Assembly: GCA_964453345.1 (NCBI GenBank)
Contig: CAYVOC010000003.1
Location: 1-64,000 of the forward strand
Direction of reading: 5' to 3'
From: an uncultured Aquificales bacterium
Lineage (GTDB): Bacteria > Thermosulfidibacterota > Thermosulfidibacteria > Thermosulfidibacterales > Thermosulfidibacteraceae
DNA: 64,000 nucleotides
The translations under genes and the position numbers were made by a program. The notes beneath the pieces were generated by a model. It saw nothing but the letters and a program-made list of their open reading frames with translations. It was not told the origin of the DNA and searched no databases. Below, piece by piece: positions 59,356-64,000 of this stretch (its first letter is position 1; each line of letters starts with the position of its first letter).

Positions 59356-60215
59356 TTCTCCTTTACCTTCACCCAGAGATTCAGATAAACCTTTTTGCCG
59401 TATATGTGCTCCAGCTCTTCCCTCGCAAGCTGGCCTATCTTTTTCAGCATGCTGCCGGACTTCCCTATGATTATCCCCTTTTGCGAGTCCTTTTCAACAA
59501 AGATGTTTGCGTCTATCACCACAACATCGCCCTTGTCCTTGATGTTTTCAACGGTTACGGCGGTGCTGTAGGGTATCTCCTGTCTTGTGAGGTTGAATAT
59601 CTTCTCCCTTATGATCTCCGATACCATGAAGTATTCCGGCTGGTCGGTGATCATGTCCTCCGGGTAGTAGGGGAAGCCCTCGGGCAGAAGCTCGAAGATG
59701 CTGTTGACAAGTTCACCGAGCCCCTCGCCGGTGACGGCCGATGTGGGAACGGCCCCCTTCAGTTTCAGATACTGCTCTATCTGCTCCCTTATCTCTTCGG
59801 CCCTTTCACGGGTTGTCAGATCAATCTTGTTGAGGGCGCAGATTATGGGGGTTTTCTCCTGTATCTCCGCCAAATGCTCTATAACCAAGGAGTCCTCCTC
59901 GGTCAGACCCTCCTTTACATCAACCACCAGTGTTACCACATCCACATCCTTCAGGGCCCTTACCGCCACCTCCACCATGTATTCGTTGAGCTTGTGCTTG
60001 GGCTTGTGGATACCCGGGGTGTCCAGGAAAACGATCTGTCCCTGGGGCAGGTGCTTCACGCCCAGGATCCTGTTTCTGGTGGTCTGGGGTTTGTCGGACA
60101 CTATCGCAACCTTGTGTCCCAAAATGGCGTTGAGAAGGCTTGATTTCCCCACGTTGGGCCTGCCTATGAAGGAGACAAAACCTGCCCTGTATCCTTCCGG
60201 CACTTCAATTTGCAT
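59298..60215 (-). CDS. era: GTPase Era
   Basis: [41 protein letters not shown] (KH domain), L.LWVKV...W. Confidence 0.97.
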   Translation of the reverse strand: MQIEVPEGYRAGFVSFIGRPNVGKSSLLNAILGHKVAIVSDKPQTTRNRILGVKHLPQGQIVFLDTPGIHKPKHKLNEYMVEVAVRALKDVDVVTLVVDVKEGLTEEDSLVIEHLAEIQEKTPIICALNKIDLTTRERAEEIREQIEQYLKLKGAVPTSAVTGEGLGELVNSIFELLPEGFPYYPEDMITDQPEYFMVSEIIREKIFNLTRQEIPYSTAVTVENIKDKGDVVVIDANIFVEKDSQKGIIIGKSGSMLKKIGQLAREELEHIYGKKVYLNLWVKVKEKWRRKSGSLRELGYYLRKE

Positions 60216-60246
60216 AAAGACCTCCGGAGGCAAAATCGGCTTGCGA

Positions 60247-60276
60247 ATTTTACTTGTCTTTTTTGGGGTTTGTCAA
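60247..60276 (-). promoter_or_regulatory. Sigma70 promoter for era-mgtE-yihY
   Basis: Minus strand TTGACA, 18 nt, TAAAAT, followed by a GGAGG SD before era. Confidence 0.65.
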
Positions 60277-60298
60277 GCAAGATTCTGAGTGCTATTCT
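60270..60298 (+). promoter_or_regulatory. Putative sigma70 promoter giving a leaderless prmA mRNA
   Basis: TTGTCA, 17 nt, extended -10 TGcTATTCT, 7 nt, ATG (60306); no SD. Confidence 0.6.
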
Positions 60299-60305
60299 TG
60301 AAGCC

Positions 60306-60902
60306 ATGGACGAGATACTTGTCGGGGAAAGGCTGAGGATTGTCAGGGACGGGCAGGCCGGAGAGGTTCCGGGGAGGATAACCCTCATCGTTAAGAGGGG
60401 GGCCTTCGGCTCCGGGGAGCATGAGACGACTGTGAGCTGTTTAGAGGAGCTTGAAAGGCTCGATCTTGAGGGCAAGAGTGTCCTTGATATAGGCTGCGGG
60501 ACGGGGATACTTTCCATAGCCGCTTTGAAGCTCGGTGCCGATTACGCCGTTTGCGTTGATATAGCCAGGGAGGCCATAGACACCACCTCTGAAAACGCCC
60601 GTTTGAACGGTCTTGACTCCAGGATCTATCCCGTTCTCGGAACGGTGGATATGATTCCGGATCATCTGCGCAAACCCTATGACGTTATTCTTGCCAACAT
60701 ATACCCGGAGGTTTTGAGGAGCATAGTTTGCAAGGTGGCTGAGCTTTCAAAGCCGGGGACCCTTTTCGTGGGCAGCGGCGTCATGTGGGGTGATAACACT
60801 GAGATAATAGAGCTATACAAAAAAGTTGGTTTCAGGCTTCTGGTGAACAGATGGCTTGAACAGTATACCACCTTTGTTATGGTGAGGGAGGGCTGTTTAT
60901 AA
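60306..60902 (+). CDS. prmA: PrmA-like (ribosomal protein L11) methyltransferase, catalytic domain only
   Basis: AFGSGEHETT, VLDIGCGTGILSIAA.KLGA, VDI..A...ENA.LN, YDVILANI, SG. Confidence 0.8.
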   Translation: MDEILVGERLRIVRDGQAGEVPGRITLIVKRGAFGSGEHETTVSCLEELERLDLEGKSVLDIGCGTGILSIAALKLGADYAVCVDIAREAIDTTSENARLNGLDSRIYPVLGTVDMIPDHLRKPYDVILANIYPEVLRSIVCKVAELSKPGTLFVGSGVMWGDNTEIIELYKKVGFRLLVNRWLEQYTTFVMVREGCL

Positions 60903-61692
60903 GCTCCCACAGGTGCCTTAGATCCCTCGCTATGTAGCGGGGCTTGAGCAATCCCGTTGCCCTTATGGCCTCTTCTCTTCCCGTGACACCGGTCAGAACC
61001 AGGGCCGTCTGCGTCTTTGCCCTGTTTCCCATAAGTATATCACTGTCAAGTTTGTCCCCCACCATGAGGACCCTTTCGGGCGGCACCTTTTCCCTTTCCA
61101 TGGCGAGCTTTATCATGAAGGTGTTGGGCTTGCCCACTATGTAGGGCCTTTTCCCGCTTGCGGCTCTCAAGGCCGCCACAAACATCCCCACCCCCGGCAT
61201 AAATCCGTCTTCAACGGGCCACAGGGCGTCGTTGTTCACGCCTATGAACCTTGCTCCGGCGAGCAGGTCCCTTGTGGCCTTGCAGAGCTTTTCGTAGGTG
61301 ATGCTCCTGTCGAGTCCGACAACCACGTAGTCCGCAGGCAGGGTTTCCGTCTCCTTCTGGAATCTACATTCCAGGCGGGCAAGCTCGTTTCTGAGTCCCT
61401 CCTCGCCGAGCAGAAACACCGTGAAGGATCTGTTCTTCTCCCTTCGCTTCAGGTATCTGTAGGTTGCGTAGGCTGCGGTTATTATCTTCTCGTCATTTGC
61501 GGGTATCCCCATCCTGTTGAGTTTATCTGCGTAGAAGCTTCTGGGGCGAAGGGTGCTGTTGGTGACAAAGGCATACTTTATGTTGTGCTCTATGAGCTTG
61601 TGGACAAACCAGCTTGCCCCCTCTATGGGCCTGTCTCCCCTGTATACAACTCCGTCAAGGTCTATGCAGACAAGCTCTATCGAAGTCTCCAA
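60877..61692 (-). CDS. HAD-IIA hydrolase (NagD-like)
   Basis: DLDGVVY, TNS, VVVGLD, GKP, MVGD.L.SDI..G, LVLTGVT. Confidence 0.92.
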   Translation of the reverse strand: METSIELVCIDLDGVVYRGDRPIEGASWFVHKLIEHNIKYAFVTNSTLRPRSFYADKLNRMGIPANDEKIITAAYATYRYLKRREKNRSFTVFLLGEEGLRNELARLECRFQKETETLPADYVVVGLDRSITYEKLCKATRDLLAGARFIGVNNDALWPVEDGFMPGVGMFVAALRAASGKRPYIVGKPNTFMIKLAMEREKVPPERVLMVGDKLDSDILMGNRAKTQTALVLTGVTGREEAIRATGLLKPRYIARDLRHLWELINSPPSP

Positions 61693-62261
61693 GTGAGATC
61701 TATCCTCCCCAGGAGGCTGGCGAATTCTAAGGTGATCTCCTTTGCATTTTCAAGACCGGCCCTTCCGAATTTCACAAGATACACCTTCATCCACGGCTCA
61801 ACGAAGGGATAAAAGGTGGATATCTCGTCGTCCTTCAATTTAACTTCTTTTACGCTTTCGGGGGGTCTTCTGGTGCCCTCTGCTTCCAGAAATACCCTGA
61901 AAAAGGGGTTGTCGTCGCTCAGATTGTTCCAGCTGGATTTCTTTGTGTAGAGGGCGACCAGAAAGGTGTAGTGGGCCCTGCAGCTTTGTGAGACCTCCTT
62001 TAGTTTCTCTTCTGCTTCAATTTCCGTTAACGTTCCCGCCTCCTTCTGATACTCGACCATGGATTTCTGAAGCTGACAGCTCAAAAAAACGGCGTCCACG
62101 GAGGCGAGGATGCTTGTGGGGTCCTCTTTGAGGAGTCCGTATCTGTGCCAGGGCTTCACCATGAGGGTGTAGGCGGTGGCCTTGGGAGCCACCGCCTCCT
62201 TCAGGCCCGCGCAACCCACGCAAAGCATGAAAAGGACAAGAAGCGCTCTTTTAAAGCTCAT
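61677..62261 (-). CDS. Hypothetical lipoprotein
   Basis: MSFKRALLVLFMLCVGC signal with lipobox; overlaps both neighbours. No family recognised. Confidence 0.75.
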   Translation of the reverse strand: MSFKRALLVLFMLCVGCAGLKEAVAPKATAYTLMVKPWHRYGLLKEDPTSILASVDAVFLSCQLQKSMVEYQKEAGTLTEIEAEEKLKEVSQSCRAHYTFLVALYTKKSSWNNLSDDNPFFRVFLEAEGTRRPPESVKEVKLKDDEISTFYPFVEPWMKVYLVKFGRAGLENAKEITLEFASLLGRIDLTWRLR

Positions 62262-62943
62262 AGCTTTCTCCGGGCTTGACAACCACGCACTCGGATGAGG
62301 TCTCCTTTTTGACCATCTCACGGAACTTTTCGGGGTCCTGGGCGATCAGATCCCAGGTGTTGTAGTGCATGGGGATAACCACCTTGGGCTTGATGAGTTT
62401 TACCGCCTCCAAGGCGTCCTCGGGCCCCATGGTGAAGTTGTCGCCTATGGGGAGAAGGGCTACGTCTATCTCGTATCTTTTGCCTATCAGCTCCATGTCG
62501 GCTATCAGGCCGGTGTCGCCTGCATGGTAGATGAGCTTGCCGTCGGTTTTGTAGAGGAATCCGCAGGGGTTGCCCGTGTAAACCACGCTGCCGTCATCCC
62601 CCACGTAGGCTGATCCGTGGGATGCGGGAACCAGCTTCACCCAGCCGAAGGGGAACTCTCTGGAGCCGCCTATGTGCATGGGATGGATGTTTGCCCCCTT
62701 GGATGCGCAGAAGTTCGCCAGCTCGAAGGGAGCGACTATCAGGGCGTTGCAGCGCCTTGCTATGTCCACGGCATCGCCGAGGTGGTCTCCGTGTCCGTGG
62801 GTGACAAGTATTGCATCCACCGTTATCTGTTCGGGTTTGGCTGCGGCCTGGGGATTGCCCGTCAGGAAGGGATCGATGATCACCTTACCGGAAGAGCTTT
62901 CGATCAACCAGCATGCGTGTCCCAAGAAGGTCAGTTTAACCAT
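62251..62943 (-). CDS. Metal-dependent hydrolase, UPF0173 (MBL fold)
   Basis: LGHAC, IDPFL.GNP, THGHGDH.GD, IYHAGDT, LPIG..FTMG, PMHYNT. Confidence 0.93.
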   Translation of the reverse strand: MVKLTFLGHACWLIESSSGKVIIDPFLTGNPQAAAKPEQITVDAILVTHGHGDHLGDAVDIARRCNALIVAPFELANFCASKGANIHPMHIGGSREFPFGWVKLVPASHGSAYVGDDGSVVYTGNPCGFLYKTDGKLIYHAGDTGLIADMELIGKRYEIDVALLPIGDNFTMGPEDALEAVKLIKPKVVIPMHYNTWDLIAQDPEKFREMVKKETSSECVVVKPGESYEL

Positions 62944-63041
62944 GGCCTACCTCCTCTCTGTTGTTTTCTTGGCCTTTCCTGTTTAAGATTTATATTGCAA
63001 GTTTGGTTTGTTCAAGGATAGACGGTTGTGGGAGGTGGGTT

Positions 63042-63449
63042 ATGGACTGCATCTTTTGTAAGATTGTGTCCGGTGAGATACCGGCTGTGAAGGTATATGA
63101 GGATGATGGTTTTCTGGCCTTCATGGACATAGGCCCTGTTAACAAGGGGCATGTGCTTGTCATCCCCAAAAGGCACGCCGCCACCTTTCTGGATCTTTCA
63201 GAGGAGGAGGCGGCTGAACTCTTTAGGAGGGTCAACAGAATCGCCAAGGCGGTGAAGGAGGCCCTGGGGGCTGACGGGCTGAACATTATTAACAATGTGG
63301 GCGACGCCTCCGGGCAGGAGGTGTTTCATGTGCACGTCCACATCATCCCCAGGTTCTACGATGACGGCATGAAGTTCGGGTGGCGCAAGCTCCAGTATGA
63401 AGGCGATGAGATAAGGGAGTATGCCGAAAGGATAAAGAGCCGTCTGTGA
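63042..63449 (+). CDS. HIT-family nucleotide hydrolase (HinT-like)
   Basis: MDCIFCKI..GEIP...VYED, AFMDI.P...GH.LVIPK.H, GQ.VFHVHVHIIPR. Confidence 0.95.
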   Translation: MDCIFCKIVSGEIPAVKVYEDDGFLAFMDIGPVNKGHVLVIPKRHAATFLDLSEEEAAELFRRVNRIAKAVKEALGADGLNIINNVGDASGQEVFHVHVHIIPRFYDDGMKFGWRKLQYEGDEIREYAERIKSRL

Positions 63450-64000
63450 TGAGAAGAATCACCCTTGGACACGGGGGAGGGGGGGAGCTAACCCGGGAGC
63501 TTATAGAGGGGGTTTTTGCCCGCCGCTTTGAAGGGCTTGAGCTGGAGGACGCTGCGATTTTAAATCTTTCCGGGAGGGTCGCCTTCACCACCGACAGCTT
63601 TGTGGTAAATCCTGTTTTCTTCCCCGGAGGGGATCTGGGGAAGCTTGCCGTGTGTGGAACCCTCAACGATCTTGCCGTTAGCGGCGCCCGTCCCCTCTTT
63701 CTCTCCTGCGGCTTCATCCTTGAGGAGGGGCTGGAGCTTGACATCCTTGAGCGGATAGTGGCCTCCATGGCCGAAGCCATCAGGGAGGCGAAGGTCAGGG
63801 TGGTTGCGGGGGACACCAAGGTGGTGGAGAAGGGGAGGGGGGACGGGGTTTTTGTGAACACCACCGGACTTGGCCTCGTGGAGAGGGATCTTTCCCATGA
63901 TAATGTGAGACCGGGGGATTGTCTGATTGTGAGCAACTTTATAGGGAGGCACGCCCTTGCCGTATTTATGGAGAGGGAGAAGCCGGACATTGATGTGGAG
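63449..64000 (+). CDS. hypE: Hydrogenase maturation protein HypE (partial; runs off the window end)
   Basis: Absent from the ORF track because there is no stop. Hand translation from ATG 63449: MRRITLGHGGGG...EDAA...AFTTDSFVV.P.FFPGGD.GKLAVCGT.NDLAVSGA.P.....FILEEG...VAGDTKVV...D..F.NTTG.G. Confidence 0.95.
   Translation, partial: MRRITLGHGGGGELTRELIEGVFARRFEGLELEDAAILNLSGRVAFTTDSFVVNPVFFPGGDLGKLAVCGTLNDLAVSGARPLFLSCGFILEEGLELDILERIVASMAEAIREAKVRVVAGDTKVVEKGRGDGVFVNTTGLGLVERDLSHDNVRPGDCLIVSNFIGRHALAVFMEREKPDIDVE

Noticed and set aside
60221-60230. Perfect palindrome CCTCCGGAGG covering the era SD
   Set aside because: There is no loop, so a full SD-sequestering hairpin cannot form. Probably incidental.
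63343-63990. 215-aa minus-strand ORF at the window end
   Set aside because: Shadow of hypE, which is clearly encoded on the plus strand from 63449.

Overview
Gene-dense bacterial chromosomal window from a probable diderm, thermophilic anaerobe. This is an inference from heavy AGG/ATA codon use, Glu/Lys-rich proteins, and LPS-type, hyp and sel genes. Most of it is housekeeping: tRNA-Gln/rpmB, ftsY-slt-thiL-cobB-rel, trmB, mutT, rsmH-murE, rplU-rpmA-obgE-proBA-nadD-rsfS, pilC, pilW-radical SAM-rodZ, bioB-glnE-glycosyltransferases-kinase-selA-selB-LysR, tRNA-Arg/mreBCD, rlmI-ribE-cobT-cbiB, yihY-mgtE-era, prmA, HAD, HIT, and a partial hypE at the right edge. The stand-out is a partly AT-richer, co-oriented 8-gene block of about 12.5 kb (24542-37048) closed by a perfect 13-bp hairpin. 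It encodes a membrane diguanylate cyclase, an AsmA-like protein, a TPR-SpoIID peptidoglycan hydrolase, a DUF799/FN3/beta-helix/TPR lipoprotein, FlgT-N-like, CsgG/FlgT-C-like and LPP20/FlgP-like proteins, and a TPR-SLH lipoprotein, with no flagellar or curli genes in the window. It is a candidate undescribed c-di-GMP-linked envelope-spanning complex. Other oddities: FtsY fused to a large TPR/alpha-solenoid domain, a LapA-LapB fusion, BioB with a non-canonical auxiliary-cluster ligand set, and several apparent leaderless promoters. No CRISPR array, transposase or prophage was seen. All calls come from motif recognition by eye; no database searches were run.
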